Positions 1-11,345 of a stretch of DNA of 35,197 nt are shown here, piece by piece. The translations under genes were made by a program, and so were the position numbers. Within the stretch, counting starts at the first letter, position 1. Each line of letters opens with the position of its first letter. The notes beneath the pieces are model-generated. The model did no database searches, was not told the DNA's origin, and worked only from the letters and a program-made list of their open reading frames with translations. Where the stretch lies: the NCBI RefSeq assembly GCF_001194135.2, contig NC_068998.1, forward strand, positions 34,145,693 to 34,180,889, in the 5' to 3' direction. Origin of the DNA: Octopus bimaculoides. Lineage: Eukaryota.

Positions 1-2
1 TG

Positions 3-248
3 ATGGATAAACAGTGTGCGGTATGGATTGTATGTTAGAAATTCCGTATGAGAAAAAATGGTTGGTTGTATTGGAATTTCTGGAAAATTTTCCGTTACGA
101 TTTTCAACCCGGCGTCAATGAGTTTATCACATAACATTTGTCCTGAAAGTAAAAACGACTTCTCCTCATATTTCAAAGCAAATCTTCTCAACCAAAATGT
201 TCCCTTGCCCACTGGCTCAGGGGAATGGGAAATCAGCTTTTTCAGCTT
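3..248 (-). CDS. Partial stop-free frame running off the window edge; Ulp1/C48 cysteine-protease-like N-terminal segment (transposon-borne or host exon)
   Basis: Manual translation: KLKKLISHSPEPVGKGTFWLRRFALKYEEKSFLLSGQMLCDKLIDAGLKIVTENFPEIPIQPTIFSHTEFLTYNPYRTLFIH. It resembles the LLSGxWLxDxIIxAAxxLLxxxFP...QIxH segment that precedes the catalytic His in invertebrate Ulp1-like domains. Bounded by TAA at 249-251. Not in the ORF track. Confidence 0.4.
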
Positions 249-1900
249 TTACCTTTTTACTTTCTTGATTTTGGTATTAAATGAGGCATGTTGCATCTAT
301 TACAAGACAATTTCTTCTTCTTATCAATGACTATAACATCTGGTTTGATTTGTTTTATTCTCCTTCCATTTTGTATAAGAAAGTTTCATAAACTAACATC
401 ATCCTATCTGGGGATTTTTATTTTGATCTCATAAAATGGATTTTGCTCCAAACCTTTTCTAAAAATTCCATTGTTTTAAGATACAATACTTGACTCAATT
501 TTTATAATTCTACTACAATTTTAGCACATATTACCCTACATCTTTGCCTTCTTATTCAGTAGAAAGGATTGACATCTGATTGGAGATGCATGAGTGTTGT
601 GAGCTGCTCCCTTGTTTCTTCATTGATAACCTTTAGCTCATCCTTTTGCTGCTGAATACTTTCAGGTTTATACCTTATTAAGGATATATTCTCTTCAAGT
701 TGATACATTATATATTTCCCACATTCAATCTAGATTTTATAATTTTTTTATATTGTACAAAGATATTCTTTAATGAGGACTTCCTTCATTTCTGTAACAC
801 TTTCCAAAGATTTTATATTCTCCCTGCAAGGTAAATTCCAGTTCAGCACTTCACATGATTTCCCTCCATCTTCATTTACACGTTAATACATTTCTCAATT
901 GCAAATATCATCTCCATATCACTACTAAATCTTCTTATGTTTTGCACAAGGGAATCTATTCAATTCTTGTATTTGCCATAAGGCTTTTAGTCACCCATAA
1001 ACAGGAGATAATTCACTTGCCCCCACCCATTCTTTCCCAGTAAATATCTCTTCTTATCTTCACATAACTGATAAAGGAATCAGTGCAATTTAAATCAAGA
1101 TAGAAAAGAAATTATCATCTTAAAATATTCTTCCTTCTAGTCTATGTATCTACTAATTTTACCTCTCCAGAAGTTAACACTACTTTCTGATGTTACACTT
1201 TTCTGAGATCTTGAACAGTTTGAGACACTGCTTGATCCATGAGTGTGGGACTAGATCCTGTAGTTTTTTATAATCAATCCACACAAAGTATGAATATATC
1301 AATGTTTTTCTGCAAATTCTCAAGACCATCATATTAACCATTAAATGGTCTCTTGTTCCATTGCTCATTTTCCAGCAACCTTTGTGTTCATCAAGTACTA
1401 AATGTTGGTATACCTCTTCTGCAATTATTCCTGTTAGGTTTTACATAAATGGTTGGTATGTAATTAGTTAATAATTTGAGGGTAGCATTTCCTTTCAATT
1501 TGTCTTTCAGTATCAGACAAGTCCTTCCTTGTTGCTAACCATAGTGGTACGTTCTTCCTTTGAGAAATACCCATTTATTATGGTTTCATGAAGGTATATA
1601 AATTCTTACAACCAGCAACCATGAATCAGAATTCATCCAGCAAATTTTCACTTAATTCCTTTCAGATATTTGCTTTCATGATGGTCAAATTCTTCTGCAC
1701 CTTAATATTTTGATTCTAATTTTCCACTTACTTCATCCGCTGTACTTCATCATTTTGTTTAGCATTTTTCTCCAAATTTCTCTTCAAAATAGTTTACTTT
1801 TTTTAGAAGTCAGTCTTATGCTATTTTTTCTCTAATTTCAAATTGTCTTTTCTGGTTTGATTAAGAAAGGTAATTTTGCATACATTGATTGCGTCTCTCT
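237..1900 (-). mobile_element. Degenerate, internally deleted R4/Dong-like non-LTR retrotransposon (RT plus RLE remnant)
   Basis: Minus-strand motifs with stops and frameshifts: GTRDHLMVN..WIDYKKLQDLVPHSWIKQCL (~1200-1360), VNYLLFMGD*KPYGK..IDSLVQNIRRFSSDMEMIFAIEKC (YADD-equivalent, ~890-1020), KPDVIVIDKKKK-CLVID (RLE PD motif, ~290-350). Confidence 0.8.
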
Positions 1901-1929
1901 GACCTTTCTAATTTTGGCAATTTTTACCT

Positions 1930-2200
1930 TTACTGTGTCAGTATCATTAAGGTATCAGAATAAAATGTCTTTAGATATTTGTTCCAAGCATGTACATTTT
2001 CGGTTCAAATCCTGTGAAGGCCAACTTTGCTTTTTATCCCTCAAAGGGATAATAAAATAGAGTATCTGTCAAGTACTGGTGTGGTTGACTAACCACATCT
2101 TAGTATTGCTGGCCTTATTCCTCAATTAGAAACAATTATAATCATCATCACCATCGTCGTTGTCGTTGTTGTTGTTGTTATTATTATTGTCATTATTGTT
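1930..2200 (+). mobile_element. Degenerate SINE family B with compound ATC/GTT/ATT tail
   Basis: Box-B-like ggttcaaatcc followed by actttgctttttatcc, as in other family B copies (16286-16481, 32472-32610). Simple-repeat tail at 2134-2200. Confidence 0.55.
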
Positions 2201-2403
2201 TTCATATCCATACTACTGTGACCATAAACATCATCACAATAATTTAATCTCTTTTTGTACAAATTTCTCTGATGAACATTTCAAATTTTATTTATTAATA
2301 TTGTTTCAGTCATTTTTGGCAAAAACAGAGTTTAATTAAATTTAATTAAATGTGGGTTTAAATTAGTGAAAACTCTGCCATTTTCCCTGTTGTCTGCATT
2401 TTA

Positions 2404-3629
2404 CACTGAACCGCGAAAGAAACGCAATTTTTTCAAATGTCATTTTCATATGGTAAACTCTGAAAATTTATTTCTGGGATGTAAGTGTAAATATTCCAAG
2501 ACATGCTGGTTTATGGTTGAGACCCAAATTGCAGGTAACCTTTCAACTTACCCTGAAACGAGAAGCCAAAACACAGCTGCGTTGAATATGGTGGGTGGCA
2601 GTTGCAAACAATTGTCTTGAAAACCAAAATGCATGCACATCTCATGGAGGTTATGGGTACAAAAGTCAATTTGAACTGTGTTCCTGGCATTTGTAATTTC
2701 ATTGCATCAGGTATGACCTGATTGTCAGCAGCGCTGAGAGAATAAGCTTTCAGCTGATGCTGCCCTGCTTGTTGCAAAAGCTTACAATGTCCATGTCAGC
2801 ACCATCTATCGCCTGCAACAGTGATACAACATCACCAACAGCACTGCAGACCATGCCCGCAGAGGGAACTCCTGGGTGACCATGCCCAGACAGGACTGCT
2901 TCATCCATTTGCAACACCTGTGTGATTGCTTCAGACTGGCCAGCGTGACAGCTCACGAGACCATTGACACTGGACAGCAACCCATCAGCAACAACATGGT
3001 ATGACATCGACTGGCCACCAACAACCTGCATTGTCTTCGTCCTGCTCAAGGGCCTGTCCTCACTGCCCACCACCATCAAGCACATCTACAATGGGCTACA
3101 CAGCACCACCATTGGCGGTATCAACAATGGAAGCCACATATTCCAGCAGGACAATGCTCCCTCCCACATGACTAGGGTCACCACGGACTTCTTGAGTCAG
3201 TACAACATGAGAACCATGCCATGGTCGGCTCTCAGCCCAGATTTGAACCCAATGAAACACCTGTGGGATGAAATGCAGAGACAGCTGAACCAGGTGGTCT
3301 CAAGATCAACAGCTCGTGTGGAACTGGAGGAAGCTTTCCTCAGGGTGTTGGCACAGGTGTCAATGACTTTGTGAACCACATCATGCACTCCATGTACCAA
3401 TGCCGTATGGCTGTTCAGAACACCCAGGGAGGACATACACAGTATTGAACATGTCACACCCTACAATCTCGATGTGCTGGATCTGCACATGACAATGACC
3501 CATAGACTGTGGTCAAAGTGCATCCAAGAAATTGACTTTCTCAGATTTATCAATGTTTATCTCTGAAATACTGAAATTAAAACATATTTCACAGTCACAC
3601 ATGTCTCGTGTTTCTTTAGTGATTCAGTG
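2404..3629 (+). mobile_element. Tc1-like DNA transposon, internally deleted, transposase pseudogene
   Basis: TIRs cactgaaccgcgaaagaaac versus cactgaatcactaaagaaac (17/20), TA on both sides (2402-2403, 3630-3631). HTH region from ATG 2713. GPVLTAHH..HLQWA is joined directly to HIFQQDNAPSH..PWSALSPDLNPMKHLWDEM, so the first catalytic D region is missing. Confidence 0.88.
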
Positions 3630-3899
3630 TATTCAAACAGTCAACAAATCATTTGATGAGAGGTGTGGTGTGAAGCAGTCATTGAAACCATGGTAGCAGA
3701 GCAATGAGGTTATTACTTGCCTTGAGACTTTGCTTAGTAAAGTGATAAGTAACTTTATCTGCAATTTGTTTCAATGGCTAACATCATTACTGCTATGAAT
3801 ACACTAAGAACAAGTAACAACAAAAATAACAACGCAGCCAGCTTTAAAACAAGTCAACCAGCTTTTACATCCAGAAAGAACATTACCATTAACACAATA

Positions 3900-4830
3900 A
3901 CGACCATTAAAAAGATTTGAAAGCTACGATCATCTAAAGCAACATGTGGTGTATTAATGCCTGGCCGTTGGACTTTGTCCCAGGAAATATCTGACTAGGT
4001 TGGAGCATTAGTTTCTACTGGAAGGGACAAATTCTGCAGCAGGGAACTTTTCTATTGCCAGTGTCCACTATAACAAAGTATTTTGAGATGCTGAGACTGA
4101 TAATGGAATGCATAGGCATACTCTAAGATTTCTGAAAGACAAGGACAGTAATGAGGTGTAGTTGCTATTCATGTGATTTGAATTTTCACAGCTCATTTGA
4201 GTCAAGCATGAACTAAGTTGAGCATTTGCCATCTGCAATGTTGTAAGGTGCCCACTGCATTCTACCAACTGAATCATGTGATCAACTTAAGGTCAACCTT
4301 TATAGAGTAACGAAAGGATATAAGTGATGCTGGGCTGAAGCAATTCTTGGTGTTGATGAGGGCAAACTGGGAAGTCTCTCCTGGAGGACATATAGATCAG
4401 GGATCACAGACACTTTCTAAAAAGTTCTTCACTTGGAACCACATACTATAAACATAATCATGCTGAAGATTCCAGCAACTGAACATATTTGAGATGCACT
4501 CAGAATGATGAAAGCATTTGACATACACTCACACAGTGACTATGTTATCTAATTAGTGAGTTTATATCAAACAGTTGTTGTTACATGTAGGGTGGGTTTG
4601 ACTCTCAGATGAGTATATTGTGAAAATAGACCTACCACCTATACTTGGCATGAGAGAGCGGGTATTCTTCAACTCCCTGGTGAATATGGCAAAAGACATT
4701 GTGTGGTTGACAAACTTGAAAGGTTTGAGGACAAATTTTTCTCCCAGATGATGTCCTCATTAGTTTCAAGTATCACTTTAAAGGGAGTTCAAAGCGACAA
4801 GGGGGGGGGGTGCTGCATTCTAATAAAAAT
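3900..4830 (+). mobile_element. Degenerate Tx1/L1-clade LINE 3' region
   Basis: Broken frames give LGVDEGKLGSL, a C-x2-C..H-like zinc-finger remnant near 4490-4540, and RVFFNSLVNMAKDIVWLTNLKGLRTNFFS, typical of L1/Tx1 ORF2 C-termini. Boundaries approximate. Confidence 0.45.
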
Positions 4831-5184
4831 GTTTAACAGTAGATGAGAGAGACAAACCTAGCATAGCTAAAGAGATTGGCTTTAAACTGTAAGCTGCTGG
4901 CAAAACAAAGTGAAGGCATTTACTTTCAGTATATCAAGATAATCTGAAATTTTGTGTAGAGTAGCTCATATCACATTATGTGGTCCCCACTATTTTATGG
5001 ATACTTTCTTAGTATTTATTTTGTTGTTCGTAACTATTACTGCTATTTTTTGTTGCCTATTTATTAATGTGATTTTATTGTTATTGCTGATCTCATAATT
5101 TTCATTATTTTTCTTATAGTTTTTCTTTTTTATTTCACCTTTGCGCTGTCCTCCCAGATTTGAGCCTTTGAGGCCAATAAAAAG

Positions 5185-5241
5185 GATGATGACGATGATG
5201 ACGACGATGACGGTCATCATCATCATCATCATCATCATCAT
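5185..5241. repeat. (GAT/GAC)n followed by (CAT)n: inverted trinucleotide microsatellite
   Basis: Directly visible. Confidence 0.9.
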
Positions 5242-5769
5242 TTCTGTGATTAGTGTTGTTAGCACCAATAAAAATTCTATGGTTATTTTAAAAGTTATAA
5301 GTTAGTTGGAAGCTTTTTAAAGAACCATGAAGTATATAATTTCGTTTCAAATAATCTTTCTTTCCAAACATTTGATTGTAAGATGGTGTAAAAGTCCACA
5401 CAGGTTGTATTGAATGTACAGCCTATGGAGACAACATTTCTGAAACCTATAGCCTTGCTATACACTTATTATACACTTGTCACCACTTATGCCTGAAGAG
5501 TTGTAATCTATTTTTCACATCACATCAAAAAAGTAAACAATCTTAATCACAGAACAAAATCAATGACATTATCTTGCTATAAAACTATTTCACTACTGTA
5601 CACCTACATTAATAAAACATCAGCAAATCTTAATATACCCCATTACAGCCTAATTTTCATATTAGAAAAATGTTCCTGTGGGTAGACTTAACCTGTATCC
5701 CAGGTGACCAAAGTACAATAACTGCAGACGTAGAGCTGTGGTTTCTAAAAATTGCATTACTAATACTGG

Positions 5770-5940
5770 TGCAGATATGACTATGGTTAAAAGTTCAGTT
5801 TCATAGTCATATGCTTCTCGGTTCAGTCTCATTACTAGAACTTTGAGCTGACTATTAACCTCAAGTCTCAGGTGGAATTTCGTAGATAGAAGCTGTATAA
5901 AAGCTTCTCTTTCTCTCTCTCTCTCTCACACACACATTCG

Positions 5941-5988
<48 letters not shown>
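5770..5988 (+). mobile_element. Highly degenerate SINE family A 5' part followed by (CT)n(CA)n
   Basis: ggttcagtctcatta box-B-like motif and gtggaatttcgtagatagaagctg resemble the family A body. Dinucleotide repeats at about 5906-5988. Confidence 0.5.
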
Positions 5989-5990
<2 letters not shown>

Positions 5991-6212
5991 AAGCAATGTG
6001 TGTGCTTACATATTTGCATTTATGTGACTTGAAACTGGTGCTGTTGTTTATGTAATGTAACATAAGCAGTTCAACAAATACACATAGCAAAAAAAATGTA
6101 TCAGTTTAAATATTGGAATTGATATATTTACTGAAATTCTTGAAGATTACTGATGATTGGATTGTGGCACCAACTTAGTAAAAGACTAAACAAAGAATAT
6201 ATATATATAGGC

Positions 6213-6762
6213 AGGTGCAAGAGTGGGTGTGTGGTAAGTAGCTTGCTTCCCAACACCATTACACACACACCCACAAACATCTTCCCACTCCACACACACA
6301 AGCACCAGACACTTCTTAGTACCCACACCACACACCATTATCCACACACTTACACACAATCTTCAATAGCATCACCACACATACCACGATACGAGCAGCT
6401 CCATACAATGTTTAACTCAGTACACACATCACAAACCATCAAGCACACTCTCACACCCACACAAGCACAAAATGCTTGAACACAGACAATATAAATATTA
6501 GGTTCTGGGTTCAGTCCCACTGTGTGACATCTTGAGCAAGTGTCTTCTACTATAGCCTCAGGCCGACCAAAGCCGTCTGAGTGGATATGGTAGTCAGAAA
6601 CTGAAAGAAGCCCGCCATATATATATATATATATATACATGTATGTATATATATATAAGCACTAGGCTTACAAAGAGTAAGTCCTGGAGTCAATTTGTTC
6701 AACTAAAGGCAGTGCTCCAGCATGGCTGCAGTCAAATGACTGAAACAAGTAAAAGAATAAAA
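6213..6762 (+). mobile_element. SINE family A (tRNA-derived head) split by a ~240-bp insertion, with internal (TA)n
   Basis: Head aggtgcaagagtgggtgtgtggtaagtagcttgcttcccaac (6213-6254), body ggttctgggttcagtcccactg..aagcccgcc (6501-6616), (TA)n, then the 3' domain ..gtgctccagcatggctgcagtcaaatgactgaaacaagtaaaagaataa. Collinear with the uninterrupted copy at 21386-21796. Confidence 0.85.
6255..6492 (+). repeat. Dispersed direct repeat, copy 1 (second copy at 8044-8279)
   Basis: accattacacacac..catcttcccactccacacacac..atacaatgtttaactcagtacacacatcac..tgcttgaacacagac aligns to 8044-8279 at roughly 85-90% by eye. Confidence 0.9.
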
Positions 6763-7579
6763 NNNNNNNNNNNNNNNNNNNNNNNNNNNNNNNNNNNNNN
6801 NNNNNNNNNNNNNNNNNNNNNNNNNNNNNNNNNNNNNNNNNNNNNNNNNNNNNNNNNNNNNNNNNNNNNNNNNNNNNNNNNNNNNNNNNNNNNNNNNNNN
6901 NNNNNNNNNNNNNNNNNNNNNNNNNNNNNNNNNNNNNNNNNNNNNNNNNNNNNNNNNNNNNNNNNNNNNNNNNNNNNNNNNNNNNNNNNNNNNNNNNNNN
7001 NNNNNNNNNNNNNNNNNNNNNNNNNNNNNNNNNNNNNNNNNNNNNNNNNNNNNNNNNNNNNNNNNNNNNNNNNNNNNNNNNNNNNNNNNNNNNNNNNNNN
7101 NNNNNNNNNNNNNNNNNNNNNNNNNNNNNNNNNNNNNNNNNNNNNNNNNNNNNNNNNNNNNNNNNNNNNNNNNNNNNNNNNNNNNNNNNNNNNNNNNNNN
7201 NNNNNNNNNNNNNNNNNNNNNNNNNNNNNNNNNNNNNNNNNNNNNNNNNNNNNNNNNNNNNNNNNNNNNNNNNNNNNNNNNNNNNNNNNNNNNNNNNNNN
7301 NNNNNNNNNNNNNNNNNNNNNNNNNNNNNNNNNNNNNNNNNNNNNNNNNNNNNNNNNNNNNNNNNNNNNNNNNNNNNNNNNNNNNNNNNNNNNNNNNNNN
7401 NNNNNNNNNNNNNNNNNNNNNNNNNNNNNNNNNNNNNNNNNNNNNNNNNNNNNNNNNNNNNNNNNNNNNNNNNNNNNNNNNNNNNNNNNNNNNNNNNNNN
7501 NNNNNNNNNNNNNNNNNNNNNNNNNNNNNNNNNNNNNNNNNNNNNNNNNNNNNNNNNNNNNNNNNNNNNNNNNNNNNNN
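6763..7579. other. Assembly gap (N-run). Other gaps: 9098-9142, 11363-11687, 14317-14755, 16805-17429, 19761-19770
   Basis: Runs of n. Several abut (TA)n or (CA)n microsatellites. Confidence 1.
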
Positions 7580-7624
<45 letters not shown>

Positions 7625-7628
<4 letters not shown>

Positions 7629-8279
7629 GCACCTCCAGTAATGTTATTTATTGCATCTCCTGCTCTTTCTGTCCTTCTTTGTACATTGGTCAAATGGGAT
7701 GCTGCTTGGCTGACCAGTTCATGGAGCACCTCCAAGATATCAGACTCAGCAATGACACTCCAGTGTCACACCACTTCCGCTCTACTGGCCATTTGCTACA
7801 ACATTTGTCTGTGGTTGGACTGTCTCTGCACAGGGGCCACATGGACTCCTGTCTTCAGCATGAACAGAAATTAATTCTTCCCTCTTCATTCTTTTGCATC
7901 AGATGGGTGCAACTCACTACCTCTCTTCACCTGACACCAACCCCACACAGATTCCCACACATCTCCCACAATCAACTGCTTACCTCAGTACCCTCACCAC
8001 ATACACACCATACATACTGTTCAACTCATTACTCCTTTCATACACCATTACACACACCCACAAACATCTTCCCACTCCACACACACTAGCACCAAACACT
8101 CCTCAGCACCCACACCACACACCATTATCCACACACTCACACACAATCTTCGACAACGTCACCACACATACCATGATATGAGCAGCCCCATACAATGTTT
8201 AACTCAGTACACACATCACACACCATCATGTACACTCCCATACCCGCACAAGCACATAATGCTTGAGCACAGACAGTAT
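7625..8279 (+). mobile_element. Penelope-like element 3' end: GIY-YIG endonuclease remnant plus CA-rich 3' region
   Basis: ICTSSNVIYCISCSFCPSLYIGQMGCCLADQFMEHLQDIRLSNDTPVSHHF..EQKLI, then after a frameshift SFASDGCNSLPLFT* (stop 7932-7934). The VIY..CxxC..YIG..H..H layout is characteristic of PLE endonucleases. Starts directly after (TA)n. Confidence 0.82.
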
Positions 8280-8664
8280 ATATACACACATGCAACACAC
8301 ATGAACACAGCCAACATGCATAAACACAGATAACTTTTGCCCACAAATATACACCATACATATGAACACTACTTGGTTATAGACACACACACATACACAT
8401 GTGCACACACCACCTGAACAAGCACACATTAACCGCTACACAACATACACACATACACACATGTTAGTCTCACACATACACACATGTTAGCCACACACAT
8501 GTCCATATGCATACTCACACATATACATATGTCCATATGTACACACACACACTTGCCCATGCATACATACCAACACACTCACCCCCATTCACACATACAC
8601 ACTCATACACACCATTCTCATGCATACACACATGCCTGTGCACCTTAGTTTGTTGGGGCCACCG

Positions 8665-8688
8665 TTATCATTATTATTATTATTATTA

Positions 8689-8723
<35 letters not shown>

Positions 8724-8726
8724 TTT

Positions 8727-8803
<77 letters not shown>
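8665..8803. repeat. Compound (TTA)n/(TCA)n microsatellite
   Basis: Directly visible. Confidence 0.95.
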
Positions 8804-9051
8804 CTCCCTTTCATTTAGCCTCCTTTTTCTGGTCATCTCATCATGTTGGACCCTTGAACTCTGCACATTTCATTTTTTCTCTCACCATTTTTTTTTTCAT
8901 TCTCTCACCCATTTTCCCCTCTTAATTCTTTCTGTAGAAGAGTGGAGGCTCATAACATAAAAGACTTTTCCATTCTTCCTGAGCATTAAACTAATACACC
9001 TGCTTCTTGCTCCTACACCAGTCTTCATCTTTTGTTTTCTGTAGATTTGAA

Positions 9052-9053
<2 letters not shown>

Positions 9054-9097
<44 letters not shown>

Positions 9098-9142
9098 NNN
9101 NNNNNNNNNNNNNNNNNNNNNNNNNNNNNNNNNNNNNNNNNN

Positions 9143-9187
<45 letters not shown>
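9054..9187. repeat. (CA)n microsatellite spanning a 45-N gap
   Basis: Directly visible. Confidence 0.95.
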
Positions 9188-9190
<3 letters not shown>

Positions 9191-9471
9191 TTAAAATCAT
9201 AATCCTATAACATGTACTTCTCTACACTTGTATGGATTAGATGGATTTTGTTTTAAAGCAGATTTTCTATAGCCACATCCCTTTCCTGTCGTCAATCCTT
9301 ACCTGTTCCCAAGCAAGGTCATATTTCCACATGACCAAACACATTCTTGCAGAAACTAGAAATTAATGACATTGCTTGTATGTCATTTTACTACTATCAT
9401 GCAATACCGAGAAAAGGAAACACAAACATACACTCACTCTCACACACATACTTATATATATAAATATACAA

Positions 9472-9613
9472 GACAGGCTTCTTTCAGTTTTCATTTACTA
9501 AGTTTATTCACTAAGTGTTGGTTAACCTGGTGCTACAATAGAAGACACTTGCCCAAGGTGCCACACAGTGGGACTCGATGTAGAATGATATGATTGGGAA
9601 GCAACCTTCTTAC
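9472..9613 (-). mobile_element. SINE family A 5' fragment
   Basis: gacaggcttctttcagttt..atagaagacacttgcccaaggtgccacacagtgggact..gggaagcaaccttcttac is the reverse complement of the family A head and body. Confidence 0.75.
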
Positions 9614-10369
9614 AGTTTGCTTCTACTGGAAGGAACAGATTCTGCTGTCAGATTCATGCTTCCACATGAATGTTCATGGTTAAAAATGCAATCAGTGGCA
9701 GGGGCTAATGATGTTTTAGTGAGAAATCTTTAAAATGAAATCTTTAAAACTGAAATCTTTCAAAAGGTTTCATTAAATTGGTGTGAACAATAGATTAACA
9801 ACTCATATATATACTCATATATATTAACAACTTATATATATTAATTAATTAGTCTAAACTTACATCTCACGATTTCAAGTGCCTCCATACAGCATAAATT
9901 ACATCTGCTCTAATCCCTTAACTCTTTTATACTGAACTGCTTATCCTATAGAATTATATAAAGGGAGTGGAGCAGTCGTAATTTATGATGCATGGAAGCG
10001 TTTAAAATTCTAAAATGTAGGTCTGGACTAATTAATAAATATAATGAGTTCTTTCTTGATGCATTGTTTGCACCAATTTAATGTAATCCTTTTACAAATT
10101 CCATTTAGCTAGTTATGAAATTAGATAAACATGTCTATTGACTGCATTTCACTTCTCACTGCTACTATTATTCTTCTCTAATCTTTCCATGCTTGTAGTC
10201 GTTCAACCCTTTTATCCCTTTTAAAAGTAATCAATCACTTTCTGGAATATTAATCATCCACATATTTTGCTGATTACCATTTCAATTTTTTAACTTTCTT
10301 GTTTAGCTATTTACTGATTCAGTACATTGTAATAATTTTACTATATTGCTATCTTATTTATATTTTACT

Positions 10370-10635
10370 ATACATGCATGCATGTGTACATACATGTGTA
10401 CATATGTTCAATCGTACATATATACACATGCACATATAAATGGATATGCATGTGTGTGTGTGCATGCATGCGTATGCATTGTATGCACATGTGCGCACAT
10501 GTATTTGTGTGTGTGCATGTAGACATGTTCATTCATATATGTAAGGGAACATGTACACTCATATACAGATGTGCATGCTTGCATCAATACAGACATGCAC
10601 ACAAAAGCATATGAGCATGTCCACACACCTACATA
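10370..10635. repeat. Degenerate CATG/TA/TG low-complexity tract
   Basis: Alternating purine-pyrimidine sequence; source of several spurious ORFs. Confidence 0.85.
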
Positions 10636-10649
10636 TACAACTATATTCT

Positions 10650-11222
10650 TGCAAATACTGCTCTTTTCTACTTCCCCTCCAACAACTCAATTTTCTGTCC
10701 ACCACGCGGTCGATTTCCTGTTCACCATGTGGTATTTTCCAACTAAATGTTGCCATTGATATACCGATATGCCAACATCAAGCCACGACACAGATTTCTG
10801 TTGCTAGAGATAGGGTCTTCAAGCTGTCATCCTCTTGAACCAAGACAGCATTACCTCTTCCGCATTGAGTTTGAGGTCATGTGGGAAGATGAATGGAAGC
10901 AAATAGTATCATTAATAGTGATCACACCAAACACTATAATGTTGACTAGATGTTTGATTTTTATCCCTCTCAGTACATGTCTTCAGACTGACACTCAAGC
11001 AATTTGAAATGTTCATATTGGAGCTTCAGACACAAATACCAAGCAGTACAGCATGTTGTTACTAAATTTCTGGCAGAGTGAATTGCGTCTTGATGGTGTT
11101 GTTCTCATATGCAGTGCCCAACTGACCCTACTATACTGTGTAGTTGACAAAATAAAGAACAAACAATGCACATGTGTGGAATTAAAAATATAAATTGGCA
11201 ACAATTTACCTATCGCACCCTG
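10650..11222 (-). mobile_element. Internally deleted Tc1/mariner-superfamily element, maT (DD37D)-like
   Basis: Terminus TA|cagggtgcgataggtaaattgttgcc at 11222. N-terminal HAVLLGICV*SSNMNISNCLSVSLKT is joined to IKIKHLVNIIVFGVIT..PFIFPHDLKLNAEEVMLSWFKRMTA*RPYL*QQ. The DD37D assignment is inferred from motif resemblance; the last D is not present. Confidence 0.65.
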
Positions 11223-11244
11223 TATACACACACACACACACACG

Positions 11245-11276
<32 letters not shown>

Positions 11277-11299
11277 CATACATATATATATATTGAAAA

Positions 11300-11345
<46 letters not shown>

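Noticed and set aside
58-330. 90-aa plus-strand ORF
   Set aside because: It is antisense to the protease-like frame and the R4 RLE remnant and has no recognisable motif.
6213-6616. tRNA-like heads with Pol III boxes in families A and B
   Set aside because: They are 5' parts of SINEs, continuing into SINE bodies and tails, and are not tRNA genes.
6643-7735. Long ORFs (also 11166-11933, 14073-14941 and most of 16517-17719)
   Set aside because: Their length comes from N-runs and TA/AAT repeats. Only the flanking transposon-derived peptides are real.
8507-9210. Poly-His/Tyr/Ser/Leu and HT/VC ORFs (likewise 10378-10759, 28089-29392)
   Set aside because: These are translations of microsatellites.
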